DNA of 64,000 bases from Phoronis australis (taxonomy: Eukaryota; Animalia; Phoronida). A model generated the notes under the pieces. That model had not been told where the DNA came from and searched no databases. It saw nothing but the letters and a program-made list of their open reading frames with translations. Of this stretch, positions 22,776 through 36,285 are shown in pieces (the stretch's first letter is position 1; each line of letters begins with the position of its first letter). Position numbers and translations under genes: made by a program. Where the stretch lies: the NCBI GenBank assembly GCA_002633005.1, contig NMRA01000236.1, forward strand, positions 1-64,000. The letters are read 5' to 3'.

Positions 22776-25700
22776 GAGTGACTCCATATAAAAACCAACA
22801 GGTAGAGTCTATACCCAAAATCACCGATTTTTTGAAACTTAGCACATGAGTTTGGTTTGTTGAGATGTAGAAAAACCTCACTTTTTAAGAATTTTCATTC
22901 ATTATTTTTCTTTTTATGACCTGTACCTCCATTTTGCAACAAAATTGGGCGTCGAAGTAGGCATGTTTGAATGCATTTTACTAGCATGTGTGGTGAGGTA
23001 AAAAACAAATGAATAATACGAATTGAAAGGGCAATGGCTGAATAATTTAATAGCATAACTTTCAAAATCCATTTTTAAATTTGTACGTTTTGAATTTGTG
23101 AGGCAAAAATGGCTATTTTTCAGGTTTTCACTGAAGCCATTTTCGGCCAAATTTGGCACTCTGTAGCAGCCATAACGCACCTTTCCTGAAATTGACTTTA
23201 TAATAATTTGTTCAGTCATTCCTAACCTGTTCATAATCTAAAATAAAAAAATCTTGCCTCTAATGTAGTTTTTGCGTACGAAGCATTTCACGAACTGCAC
23301 TTCGTCCTTTTGCATGTTCTCAATTGCCTCTGCTGCCAATAGGGGGCTCTTGGAACATATAATTACCTTGCGAAACACGACATAAAAACCTTGTATTTTG
23401 GAGAAAAGGCAGACAGCATAATTAATTACCATTCTCTGAAAACGGCATTGATGATTATTGCTTATTACAAAAAATATGTACGTAAATCAACAGGCATGCG
23501 TGCTCCTAAATGATAGATGGCGCTGCTTTTGGTTACGTGGAGACTGAAGACGCATCTAGAATAAGAGCAGTAACACGAGGACCTTGCTATAATTCAAAAC
23601 TTCGCGAGATATTGCTCTGCATTCTAAATGAGAACACGTGGTTTTGGATAAATTTAAGAGAGGTTCTAGTGTTACTGAACTCACCCCTGCCTTGTTTTCT
23701 ATCTGCCTTGTTCGTGCCACAGGCAAAGGAAGGCACCCAAGGTGGATATGGCCCCCTAGTGTTTAGTACAAATAGTCATTGTAACTTTGGGTTCATATTG
23801 TGATGTCCCTGCTGGTTGCTAGAAATTTTAGTCGCCACCAGTAGCCGGAAACCTGGTGTTCCACCCCACACACCGGGCACCCTAACGCTGAATATTTCTG
23901 CCACTGTGATCATCAGTGGTATAAAAAGGTACACATTCACAGTCAATAGAAAATAATTCACGAGAGACAATTTTATTAATGACTCATTCATGACAGACAT
24001 CAAGTAAACAGAAGTAACGGTCTCGACTTCATGTATCACACATCTTTGAATGGTATGCTACAAAACTAGGCTAAACGTTGAGCTCATTTACCACTTCATT
24101 CAGTAAATCTGACGACATAACAGCATCTTCAGCAGAAATAGCATCGTCATAAACATTGCTGCAGACAACTGCGATTCACTTAACAGCACAGGTAAACACT
24201 TTCCCAGTGGGTTCTCGTAATGTTTTCTCCATTTTGGCACTTCCGAGGGTGAACGTTTTTACCTGACTTATCTCCTTCATCGAATATGTTCGTCAGAATG
24301 TCCTTAACCTTTGCTGAAAATCTTGTTGACCTTTTACCTTTTTTCAATGCCTAACCTATTGCTTCAGGATTCGTCTCATCCAAATAGTACTCTGAGGCTG
24401 CCTCAAATGACGCTCCGGTTCTTGCATCTGAAAGCATTTCTGACCACTGTCGTGCGATGTGGTCATACGTGGTCTCCCTCTGTAAATGTTCAGTGTGGTT
24501 ACCCACATCCATATGCTGACCTAGTTCTGCGTCGGTAGCAAAAATTTCGAGTAACCTTGCTGGGTACAAGGGAACTTTTCATGTTGAGGCTCTTCACTAG
24601 ATACAATGCCAACCTTGCCTCTTGGTGTTGAAAATCCGCCATTCTAGAGATGTTAGTGTATTTTAGAGAAATAGGTTTCCCATTTCCTCAGTATTTGTAA
24701 GAACTTACCGTCACCTACATGGAATGATTTTCACACGCGAATTCCTTGGGTGGAATTGTGGAAATTTGGGAATGTGCTTATACCAGGAACTGAGTATTTT
24801 GGAAAAGACTTTGTTACATTGACTGAACATGCATACGCATAACATCCCTTCACACGACCAATGGAAAGTAATGCTTCTTTCAAATCCAGAAAGTTTATGA
24901 TATTGTTACCTTCGGCTACAAAGTACTTTGCACGTTGTTTGAGTGGAGCGATCTTGCGTTCACAGAGATCCTTTCCATTCTGACTTTCACTAAATCATAT
25001 CTCGAAACAGAAATGCCGGTAGAATTTGACAAGGCTGCTACGTTAAAGAGGAGAGGAGCAGAGTGGTAACATTCAGAATTACCTCACTCTTCCATGACTG
25101 GTCCTGTTCAGTCAGAAATTCACCGACTCTGGGAAGTACGAGTCCGTACTCTGGCACAGGCCTTGCTTTGTTAGGTAGTTTCCTGTATCTCAAATGTTCA
25201 GTGGTGTCTTTGATACATCTCACTGAAGCACAAAGCTTTTGCCATCAGAATAAACTTTAAAGGAACATGAAGGCCCATCGACATCGTCCGCCATTTTGTC
25301 TTTTTAAAATGCACTTGCTTCTCTCAAAACCAGTCATTACAAATATCAATTCTTACTCGTTTGATTTTAAAGGCATTTATTTCCATTTAAAAGTTCTACA
25401 GAGTGTTTAAATTAACCTGATAATGTAAAACAAATGAAAGAATACAAGAGGGTTACACGTACATTTTTATATATCCTCAAGCTTAACCTCAACTGACTCC
25501 CTCAGTGGGCAAAGGTCATCGGGTTCAGTTTTGATACTAGCCGCGTAATAAACCTGGAAAACATCTCGTTTTCATTTGAAAGAATTTAGACTTGGTTTCT
25601 ATAAATATTTAAAGCAGACTTCTTGTTCAAATGGTCTGTAAACTCTGCTCGTCATTTCCAAACTATGAAAATAAACAGTTTTGCAAGACAATTTTCACTA

Positions 25701-26205
25701 AAGTGCAAAGTTGAGGCAAGATTTTTTATTGCTCAGTCATCAAGACTAACTCTTTAACTGTATTTTCAAAACGTCACATACGGCTACAAGGTGTTTTATG
25801 GCAGCAAGAAGGTCACAAAAATGGCCACTAAAATTAGCCCCAAAAAGTGGTCTGTGGATTATCTTCCCTGTCTAGCACAAAACAGTCAGATTTTAATAAA
25901 TGGCACAGAATTATGCACAGTATACGGTGGTTATTTCAGCCACCAAAATATAGCTTTTGATCTATTTTGTAACACACTAATTTTTGTTGCTGAAAACGTG
26001 CGACTTTTGAGACTTCTAATATGCCCAATTGTGCCAATTTGTGTTATCATGCTCCAGCGGCGAAATTAGGGGTCATTGAGTGCACAAAATTTGGCATTTG
26101 GGTTTTTGTTAGGATACCTACCCATGTACAAAAAATGAAGTTGTTTTAAATTTTGACGTATAGACTGATTTTTGAAAATCTACTGGTTTTTATATGGACT
26201 GCCTC
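22776..26205 (-). mobile_element. Sola3 DNA transposon, internally deleted
   Basis: TTAA|GAGTGACTCCATATAAAAACCA...TGGTTTTTATATGGACTGCCTC|TTAA. Transposase remnants on the minus strand, e.g. YD.SESQNGKDLCERKIAPLK...AEGNNI (about 24850-25020) and QHMDVGNH...TTYDHIARQW. Confidence 0.88.
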
Positions 26206-26440
26206 TTAAATGCATATTCAAGTCTACGATGGCTAGCCAAAAATAGGCAGGTTCAAAGTAAGATTAAAAAATCCCTTTGAGAGATTAAGCCACAAATGGT
26301 GTACCACGGTAATGAGACAGTTATCACGACTCAATGATTTGAAATTAAATGGAAACAGTCACCATAGCCACATGAATGCGATGACTTTCCCCAAGACAGT
26401 TGAAACATTACCAAAGTACATGCAGGTCTAAACCTGCTTA

Positions 26441-26813
26441 CCCATACCAAAGACCATGTTTGCCGCAGGCTTGCAGTAAACATGCCGCAAGCTTGTGGCA
26501 AACACTTTTGTTTGCAGCAAACCAGCCGCAAAGTTTGCAGGAGATTGCCGCTACCCGCAACTCAGCTGCACACATTGCCGCAACCTTGCTGCAATCACTG
26601 AAGTTTGCAGGAATGTTGTGGCAAACTTGGTGATTGAAAAAGTGTTTGCGGGAAAGTTGCAGGAAACTTTATTGTTGAAAAGTTTTTGCGGGAAAGTTGC
26701 AGGAAACTTTATTGATGAAAAAGTGTTTTCGGGAAAGTTGTAGGAAACTTTATTGATGAAAAAGAGTTTGCGGGGAATGTTGCAGGAAACTTTTTTGGTG
26801 AAAAGTGTTCTCA
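26441..26813. repeat. Repeat-rich MITE end (CCC-start, EnSpm-like) with ~38-bp tandem units
   Basis: Scattered TTGCCGCA/TTGCAG motifs, then about 5 tandem GAAAAAGTGTTTGCGGGAAAGTTGCAGGAAACTTTATTGAT-like units; cut off by the Academ terminus at 26814. Confidence 0.6.
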
Positions 26814-29800
26814 TAGTCCGGTCCCTTAGCAGCCAAAAACTTCAAAACATTTACACCCCGGATTAAAGCACCAAAGTTGTTACACAGATACTTTGGGACA
26901 CGCTGAATCTCATGGGGGTCGGTTGCCCGAAATTTGGGGTCAAGGTCAAGGTCAAAGGTCACGTAGGTAGTTTTTTGAAATGACTTGACACAAAATATCT
27001 GCTTCATTGCTGTTTAAGGTGATAAGCAGAGTAATTTATTTTGATTTCAAATTAATGTTGATAACTTCTAAAAACAAGTTAAAAGCATAAAAGTAATTTT
27101 CCTGACACTTAAGATGGTAATTATCATAATTAATAGAGCATATATAATTTCAAAGGAAATTAAGTATACTTGTTTTCTCTAGCTGAGAAAAACTGTCAAA
27201 CTTGTATGAATATGCATTAAGTAAACTCTAGAATGTTTAACCTTTTAAAGAAATTCATTTTTAAATGTCTTTGTCAAAATATTTATAATTGATTATGTAA
27301 CAAATCGTCTCTGTAATTAAAGGAAATCGGACATCTTGCTAAATTTTTAAAGAACAATTGCTGAAACTTTTATCGTCATTTTTAATTTGATCATAGCTAA
27401 AGGTTACTTTGTTAATTAACATGTTTACATTTTAGTTTGAACTTGATTGTGACATAAGTTAAACCAATTAAGGTAATTAAGGTAATTTAAGGTTTACCAG
27501 AAGGATGAAATAACAAAAAAATCAGGTTTTAGTTGTATCACAATGAGGTGAATTCCTTGTTGCGCTATATTTTAAAACAGATCCAGGCATAATTAATTGT
27601 CTTGAGGAACATGTTGTATAAACAAATGTTTATTATTAATTGCGTCCATCTAATTGTTTGTGGTGACATATTGTCTAACAGCTGAAGCTGACATCTGCTC
27701 ACTCAAACAACAGTACCCAAACAGGTGACGTCAGCTCTGGGACTTGCATGATGTTGACCTCGAGTTCAGTGTTCGTGTAACATTATTTTGAATGAGATTT
27801 TCTAATTTAGGTATGAACTTTTTTGATTAACTATGTATATATCCTAAATAGTTTTAACTGATTGGAGATAATACGTTACTTTTAGTTGGCTTCATCACAT
27901 CTGAAGACAGGAGCAGGGGTTTCCTGTTTAAATCACTACAATAGCTATTGGCATAAATAGCGTAGGCCTACAATGTAAGTTGCTTAATAAGACCAAATTA
28001 AGAGACCAATTTTTCTAAGAAACCTATTCCAATAAATAATATCTACAAAAATTACGCTTTAATTCCGCAGTACCTTATTCCCAAGGTCAAGTTGTTTGAG
28101 CAATGTCTTACTCCAGATTCACCACTTGTAATTGCCCGACAATTTATTGTTCTAAAACTTTACCCACCATCCTCAAAGCAATTGAGACAATGTAGATTTT
28201 CTGAATAACAGGCCATAGGCACTATTAATAGAAATGTTTCGAAGACGGCTGGTTACCTGAGCTGGAACAATACGTCAGCTCTCGTTACGTCACTATGACG
28301 TATTCGTACCGCCTGCTTCAGGAGGCCTCAGTGGCTACAGCTGGTAGAGCTGATTCCTTTCTTCAAGCCTCACTCTTGACTCGAACAAGACATGCACACC
28401 AGGTGACAGCACTGTCTCTGGCAAAGCTACAGGAAAACCATTTCTTATTGTGAAAAATGAAGGTGCTGTTTTGGACAGAAGAGTCTCCAGCAGGAAAAGT
28501 GATAGCTCAATGAGAATTCCAAAATTTGAGTTATGGAATGTTATCTTACATGTCCAGTTACTGATCTTGATGTTCGTCCTTGCTCATGGTGAATGCAACT
28601 TGTCGCTGTGCATTGATGTCTTTGAATCTCTTGTGTCCTATTTCTTTACCTCTTGACCTTCAAAATTATGCAAGATGGGTCTCTCTCCACATCCAAGACG
28701 TGAGTGCTATACCAGTTAACGTACGACAGCATCTGATGGATGTTTTCAAATACACGGCACAGATTCTGTGCTGTTGCAATTGACTAGGCGGATGAAGAAA
28801 ATAACAACTTAGTTCAAGACAGTGGTGGGGCTATTGGATTAACTGAAGATCTAAACGCTTTGACAGGGTGAATGGTGTTTGGATCTGAGCTATAGCCAGG
28901 TTGCTGACTGAGTTTGATTGTCAATCGCTTTGAAGACAATAGCGAGAAGAAAAACCGCCACAAAGACATTCTATCCTTCCAGAGCAACAGGTGCTGGGGT
29001 CTACTTTCCAAGCCTTCCTGTTGCAGATGCAGAAAACTGGGTATAGTTAGGCAATCTTGCCACGGTGTTTCAGGCTGAGATCACTGCAATTAATAGAGCT
29101 GCTCAACTGGCACAACAATATAACACTGAACTTGGCAATCGGCCAATTACCATCTTTTCAGATAGCCAGGCAGCAACAAAAGCCCTAAAGAAACTAAGGG
29201 TCAACTCTCGTTGTGTTAATGCTTGTATTAATGAGCTTAACAAGCTTGCAATTGAGAGAACCGTCAATATACGCTGGGTCAGGGCCCATGTGGGAATTGA
29301 TGGCAATGAGAATGCAGACAGACTCGCAAAGATAGGAGCAAGCGTTCTGCATTTTGTGCCTGAACCTGCTATACCGGTATCTTACGGGTGTTGCAGGATG
29401 AGTATACACAACTGGGTACATACCCAGTCAGCAGTCCAGTGGGCATCACTTAACTCCTGCAGAGAGACCAAGGAGAATTTTCCCAACGTGATCGAACCAA
29501 AAGGTTCAAAAAGCCTTCTGAGTCTAGATAGATTGGGTATAAGACACGTCATTCAAATTTTGACGGGCCACTGCAACCTAGCCCGACACAGACACATTAC
29601 TGGGCATATGGGGATCCCTGTGTGTCCTGAGTGTGGTACTGACGTAGAATCTCCTAAACACCTGGTAGAGTCTTGCCCAGCTTTTTATAGGCTAAGGAGC
29701 AACCTACTGGATGGCACTGTTACATGCCTACAACATATAGTGCATGGCAACAAATGGAAACGTCTGTCCGTTTTCCTAAAGGAGACTGGCAGACTTGAAA

Positions 29801-32000
29801 ACTTTCTTCACGAGGAGCCATGATTGGGGTCTCGTGCCTTTGCTCAGGTGTTTTGTGCAATGGGCCCAATCATGAGGCCTGCGCACGTCTGATGCACCGC
29901 AAATGACATCAGACCACGTGCACTGGTTTTTTCCAGAACAACTTTAAAAACCATGTGAACAGTTTGTGTGGTGTAAGGTGTCAGTTCAGCAAACTAAAGG
30001 GAAATCTTTTCTTTGACCATGGTGATGAACTTATGACATTAGATAGCTACAAGTCTTCAGACTATCGAAGTGACTGGAAAACAGCAATATGACAACTATA
30101 AGCAAACAGTCTTAATTGAAAAGTCCCAACCAATAAAGATCCCTATCAAGAAAAACAAGTTTGTTGTTTCCGAAATAGCTAACGGGAAGGCAAAAAGAGT
30201 GACTCAGTAGCGCATGGATGACATCAAGAAAGACTGCAGCTTATTTAGTCAGGTTTTTATAGCTAGTCAAATTATAGAAGGATGATTTTCTTATACAAGA
30301 GAATCATTCTTGGCCACCATCCCTGAACCAGAACGACAGTCTCGGTTTACCCTCACAGAAGTCACACTTGCTCAAAATGTTGGAATTTCCTCATCCAGAC
30401 GTTCCTGAATCCGTCGATGTCAAAGTCTTTGATGGGCCAGCTATTGTGCGCAAATTTTCTCCAAACGAATCAGCGACATTCGGACAGTTCAGCAAAAACT
30501 GCTAAGTGGGCACATTTTAACCTTCACAACAGCTGTAGAGTTGACATTGTGTTTGATGCTTACACTGAAGACAGCTTGAAGGCCACCGCTGATAGAGGTA
30601 CAGGTGATCTTGCCAAAGTTTCACACCAAACGCAACTGTCTCTGTACTTCCAGAATTTCTTGCAAATTCGAAGAATAAAGAGGAATTATTCATGCTGTTA
30701 GCTGAAAATATCTTTAGCAATCGCCTATCCTCCAGGACAAAATATATATGTTACCCACGGTCACTCTGTTCTTTCCTCTGGTTCTGACATACCACCGAGA
30801 GTCGGACACCTGTATGTGCTTGTGCACTGCGGACACTTTGATCAAAGGTAATCAGAGAATACTGGTTTCTACAATTGATACTGATGATGTGGTCGTTTTT
30901 CTTGGTGTTTTGATCAGCTTAAGGCTTTGCAGCCAGCAATTCAATTACGGGTAGTTGTTAAAGCTGGAAAGAAGGTGCGGGAACTCTTCGTCAAGAGTTT
31001 GTTTGACTAGCTTAGGTACGATTTGTGTGTAGCTCTACCCATGTTCCATGCCTTTACAGAGTTGGACACAACGTCCCAGTTCTATGGAAAAGGGAGGAAA
31101 ACAGCATGGGAGACATGAAAATTAAGCTTACCGTGATGTTACTCAGGCACTCTCATGCCGGCACTCAATTCCTTTCAGCAGCTCACCGTCGACAGTCAGG
31201 AATTCAAAACAATTGAGACATTTACATGTTTCGTTTATGATCGAAAAGTTAAAACCAGCCAAGTCAATACTTTATGAAAGGAGCTTTTCCAACAAAAAGT
31301 TCAGATTATGCCAAATTTATCGCCTACCCAATCTCCTCTGGTAAAGCAAGTTAACAAATGCTTGTATCAAGCTGGCAGTCTGATGCTCATCCACGGGAAA
31401 CCAAGTCCATAGAGGTTTGCATGGCAGAGTGACAAGGGCCAACAATGGACACCTCACTGGATAGCCATGCCTGAAATCTCCAAAGCTGGTCAGCAGCTCA
31501 TGGTTGCAAGAGCATACCACTATGGGGCAAGAGATATAAATTAAAAGCAATTCCCTTAGCATGCACAACACTTAGCAAATACCGGGGAACATGTCAGTAA
31601 TATGGTTTGTTATGGACCAAAGGAACAGATGATAATGTTAATTGAATTCTGTGGTCTGAGATTAATCTGTTTTATTGTGTTGATATTATAAGCAGATGAC
31701 AATCGGATTATATTTAGACAGGAGCTAGAAGAAGTATACTAACGACATTTTTGAAAGCTGGCCTCTGAGTTTTTGGTAGTCTGTCAAGTTCTATGCATAT
31801 ATTGGCCTCTTTATCATAACATCAAGTGAATGTTCATAATAATTGTACAAATTAATGATAAATCTAATAAATTTTTGGTAAGAAAACCCATTTGTTGTTG
31901 TATTATTAGTCTTGCACCAGATCAAAATAGATGATTTTGTTAAAATTGCAGTTGGTTAGTTAAACTTTGGCGGCCATATTGGAATTATGCAAATGTTGGG
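26814..32000 (+). mobile_element. Degenerate Academ DNA transposon (copy 1; right end not found)
   Basis: TAGTCCGG terminus. Frameshifted motifs DLQNYARW, GGAIGLTED, ENHSWPPSL, VFDGPA, RVDIVFDAY, ESDT...STIDTDDVV, FHAFTELDTTS.FYGKGRKTAW (Academ transposase/XPG-like). Confidence 0.75.
29011..29934 (+). mobile_element. 5'-truncated I-group (LOA/R1-like) LINE with RNase H and zinc knuckle, inserted in Academ copy 1
   Basis: ORF 29065-29823: VFQAE, IFSDSQAA, WVRAHVGIDGNENADRLAK (RNase H), LTGH, CPECG...ESPKHLVESC. Flanked by TTTCCA; removing it rejoins the Academ frame. Confidence 0.88.
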
Positions 32001-33453
32001 TAAGTTACATTGTTAAAAACAGCAAATGCTCAAAGATGACTAAATGCAACCTAAAACACTAGAGAATATAACTGCATCTGTATGTACTTTGTTTTTATTC
32101 AGTCACTGTACATAACAAGCTTTCAACTTTCATACTGCTGTCAAAGTCAGTTCAGCAAAATATTAAATGCAATTGCTTTAAAACAACAAAGGCAGTGTTA
32201 CCTGCATGTTGTGTAAACAAGTATAATAAATATCAATACAAACCATACACAAATATGTGATCCAATTTTACCAAATGTGCAAGTATTAGCATTTAGAGCA
32301 ATTTGTACTTTTCCAACATTTGAAATTATCTCATAATCAGGTGGTAGCAGCCACTGTAGCTACAGTAAAATTTTGTCTATTTCGGACAAAAACAATTGCC
32401 AAAAATTACTCATTTTGATTTTTCAAGGACATTTAGCATTGTTGTGAAGACCCACAATTTTTCAAAATATTGTCTGTCAGCAGCTATGGTACGGACTTGG
32501 ATATGACTCGAGATTCTTGTGGTACTGCACATTATTTATGAAAAATAAGAAATTTAATTTCACTAGTGTCCTTATATTATTGTTTTATGCTTCTAAGGTT
32601 ATTGTTTATTTTAATCATACTAGCCCAGCTACATGCTGAACTGCTAGTACTGTTTTCAAGGAATGCTTCTTGGAATACATTCATGTTTAATGCCTCTAGG
32701 GCTGTTGATTGTTTATTTAAATTATGCTAGCCCAGCCACATGTTGATCTGGTGGGACTGTTATCAAGTAAAGCATGTGGTTGTCAAGGTTACATGCCTGG
32801 GAAGTAACCTATAAGCTTTCATTTGAACCAAATTCAAACGGTTTTGGTACAGCCTAGACTCTACATGGATAACTGAAGAACTGTATGGATGTGAGTTTTG
32901 AATTTAAAGTTGTATTTATGTTGATGTGATTATTAAGTAAAATTACTTAGACTTCATTCATGAATCAGTAGTTTTGGTCTTACAAACAAAAGGAATTTGC
33001 TTTTCTTACTGATTCAGCCAAATTGAAGGTTATAATGGTTAGGGAAAAGTACCGCACAGATTTCAAATGAGTTAACTGGGGTTGAGACCAGAATCAACTA
33101 GTTTTCACAACATAGTCAAGTTATATGTAACCAGTCCTTCAAAATAATCCCTTGAGACTGTAAAACTTAAGTTTGTGTCAATTTTCACATCGCTTTCCGA
33201 CTGTTTGATTCACGATAGGAATAACAAATTTTTATTTTGGTTTAATGCATGGTAACTATTGGGCACAAAATAAGATTAACATATTGTATATTTAACTACT
33301 GGTAGGTGTTTTAACTGTCATCACCTTCAGTCATACGCCAGTTCTCAGTCTGCAGTCAAACTATTGAACACAAGTTCAACTGTTTGTTCATACATGAGCA
33401 GAAGAACAAAATAATTGGAAGAGATTTTAATGTGCTCATCATGTCTTTTCCAG

Positions 33454-36285
33454 AAAGGTGAAAGCCATTGAAAGTCGAGATCTGGATATGTTAAAGAGAA
33501 TCAAGGACACAACGATCTCATACCGGGCCACTCTCCCCTGCAAGCTGATTGACACACCATGTGGTACTTATAGCCTGGGAAATTCCTTAGCACATCAGGT
33601 ACAACCGTCTGTAATTGGCAACATTATTCTAATCTAAAAAGTACGAAAACTCTACCTTATTCAAGCTTAGTGACATTATTCAATCTAGACCAATTGAATA
33701 TTATTCAAACTTTTTAATCGTTTACAGAAAGCTCTTCCAAAGTTTTGACAATCTTGAAATCCAAGCTTGAAGAAAATATCCAATAACGTGAGGCACATTT
33801 GAGCATAATTGTGTTCAGTCAACTTTAGCTAAATACCTGGGTGAGAATTTGACACGTTTGACATGCTCTAAAAACGTGGAGTATTGGAACGCCCTAAAAA
33901 TGGTCAAACGTGTAAAATGTGGCGTGTTAAACGTGTAAAACGTGGCGTGTCAAACGTGTAAAATGTTGCGTGTCAAACGTGTCAAGAACGTGTCGAAAAC
34001 GTGTAATTTTCGTTCCAATACTCCACGTTTGACACGCTTAGCGTGTCAAACGTGGCGATAAGCATGTAAAACGTGGCGATAGCGTGTCGAACGTGGCGTG
34101 CCAAAACGTGGCAAAAACGTTTTTGTTCCAATACTCCACGTTTGACACGCTCAAAAGCGTGTCAAACGTGTAAAATTCTCACCCGGGCATAATGCGTTAT
34201 ATTCCTGTATGAGATATAACATGAATCCTGTTAAAAACAGCATACGAACCAAATCTGATTTGCACAGGCAAATAAACTTAACGCTAATCTATGGTCAACA
34301 ATTTTGAATTTTTTTGCTCTTGAAATAGCTCTTTCAACAGTGAGCAGCTATCTTTTTGGTTAAGGCAACATCACTAGGTGACATCTGACCAAAACCTGGT
34401 GCAATAGGAGGGATGCATAATTTTAATCCAATATTTTCATTTTTTTCTAATTAAGAAGCCTTTGTCTGCCACGATGCCATCACCATGTTTTAATTTACCG
34501 CAATCAATGAATTGCTGAAGCATTGTCAGTAAACCACCTGATCATGTGATATCATTATCTGAAATTGACCCTGAAAATAGTATGGATATAAAAGTAAATG
34601 ATCCCTTGGGGTCCACTCCTACAAGTCCTTTTAGAGTGGTACACGACTTGTAATCTGAATAACACTGACTTCGACTTCTCAGAGAACTCGGCTTTTGCAC
34701 TTTGATTTCTGTGCCATCTATGATGAGGAAAGTGTCTGGAAAGTCTTTCTTGTACTTAGGCGGCATATGTTTGTAGAGAATGTCGCGGTCTGGCTAAATT
34801 GTTTGAGATCCATATTTGTAGAACATGAAGTTCATCCACTCCCTGAAAAGTGCTGCAGCATCCTGAGGAGTTGCCAAGTGTTTGAAATCGAAATTCAATC
34901 GCAGTTTCGTTAGCGTAAGCAGGAGTTGATCTTGCAGTGACATGTTCTTAGCACTACTGATAGTTTTGGAGAAGTTCATGGGAGATTGGTGCTTATCTGG
35001 AACAAAGAAATAAAATATATTTTGAAATTCTTCAAAGGTGAATCCTGTGTGATATTTAAAATTATTCTTCACGTGGCTGTTTTTGAGTGAAGCAACAGAA
35101 AATCCCATGGTGGCTGCATTCTTTGTTTCAGTTGTAATTTTCCTCGATGAACTTCATCAGTTAAAATTTTCAACTGTGCTTCAAGAAGTTTGTTTTCAGC
35201 AGCAACAGCTAGATAATTCAAACCTGATGGGCCTGAAATAAAAATCACATGTGAGATATGATTTATAGTCAAAATTGTCAACTTCACTGAAGATTTACCT
35301 CACTCATGCTGAAAATGGCTCAATCAGCAAAGGTGAAAAGTACTTAAACTTGAAAGACAGAAATTTCATGCTGAGCATTATTGTTCGAAGGAATTTTAAG
35401 GCTTTTCATAGATTTTCATCTTAATTCTGTCTTGTTGCAGGCTCCCCTGATTCAACAGCCCGAAGGACCTTCTGGAGAATCAAAGCCTTGTGGTAATCTG
35501 ACCTTCCCACATCCCAGTCCGATTGCTAATGCCGTTACTTGCCATGCGGAGGAATACGAGTTTTATGGAGATGACATTTGAGGATGCCTGAAAGCTAGAG
35601 AATGACACTCGTGCACAAGCTAACTGCCCTTCATGGTCTGAGGCGAGAAAACTGAGAATTACAGCGTCTAACTTTGGGCGGTTTATACTTCGTAAGGCTC
35701 CAATTACAGATGATTTAGTTAATTCAGTGATGAATCCCAAACCATTTCAGGCAACTGCCACCACTTACGGAACGTGCAATGAAAAAGTTGTCAAGAACAA
35801 GTATTGGAAGCAAATGGGGAACCACGTTCATAGCTGCGGATTTATAGTTAATAATGAATTTCCATTCATTGGAACTTCGCCTTATGGGAAAGTATGCGAC
35901 AATGGAGAGGTGGGGCTCTGAGAAGTGAAATGCCCATACAGCATACGAGATATGAACCTTCAAGAAGCACTTACAACTTAAAAAAAAGGAATCTCAGTTT
36001 TTGTCCAAATTTGGAGATGAAATTTTGTTGCAAAAAGACCACAGTCATTGGTTCCAAGTTCAAGGGCAGTTGTTAGTGTCTGGAGCTACTTTCTGTGATT
36101 TTGTGACAAACACAAGAAGAGACTTGCATAAACAACGGATTCATCCCGACGTCAGTGTCATGAAACAAATTCTTGAGAAGATGAATAAAGTGTTTATTGA
36201 ACATGTCGCCAAACTGCATCCTCCTTCTCCTCATTGGTTCCACAGTTTGAGTTTCTGGATGAGCATGTGTCGGTCCGTTACATGA
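33454..36285 (+). pseudogene. ISL2EU accessory YqaJ/lambda-exonuclease gene (exons 33454-33598 and 35441-~36285), disrupted
   Basis: AG/GT-bounded exon ...TPCGTYSLGNSLAHQ, then TRAQ...W...R.LRITASNFG, YG..NE, PFIGTSPYG, EVKCPY, HWFQVQGQL...CDFV; in-frame stops present. Confidence 0.82.
33836..34187. mobile_element. EnSpm/CACTA-like MITE nested in ISL2EU
   Basis: CC(T/C)GGGTGAGAATTT(G/T)ACACGTTTGACA TIRs; many AAACGTG subterminal repeats; 2-bp flanks TA/CA. Confidence 0.8.

Noticed and set aside
26630-26813. Regular ~38-bp repeats resembling a CRISPR array (also 20751-20845 and 39946-40049)
   Set aside because: Units are contiguous with no unique spacers, there are no cas genes, and the context is eukaryotic; these are minisatellite/MITE repeats.
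29065-29823. Longest ORF (252 aa) as a host RNase H gene
   Set aside because: It is the 3' end of a LINE ORF2 (RNase H plus zinc knuckle), 5'-truncated, with two more copies in the window.
35441-36285. YqaJ phage-type exonuclease as horizontal transfer or contamination
   Set aside because: It has spliceosomal splice sites and sits with a THAP-DDE transposase, the known ISL2EU cargo.
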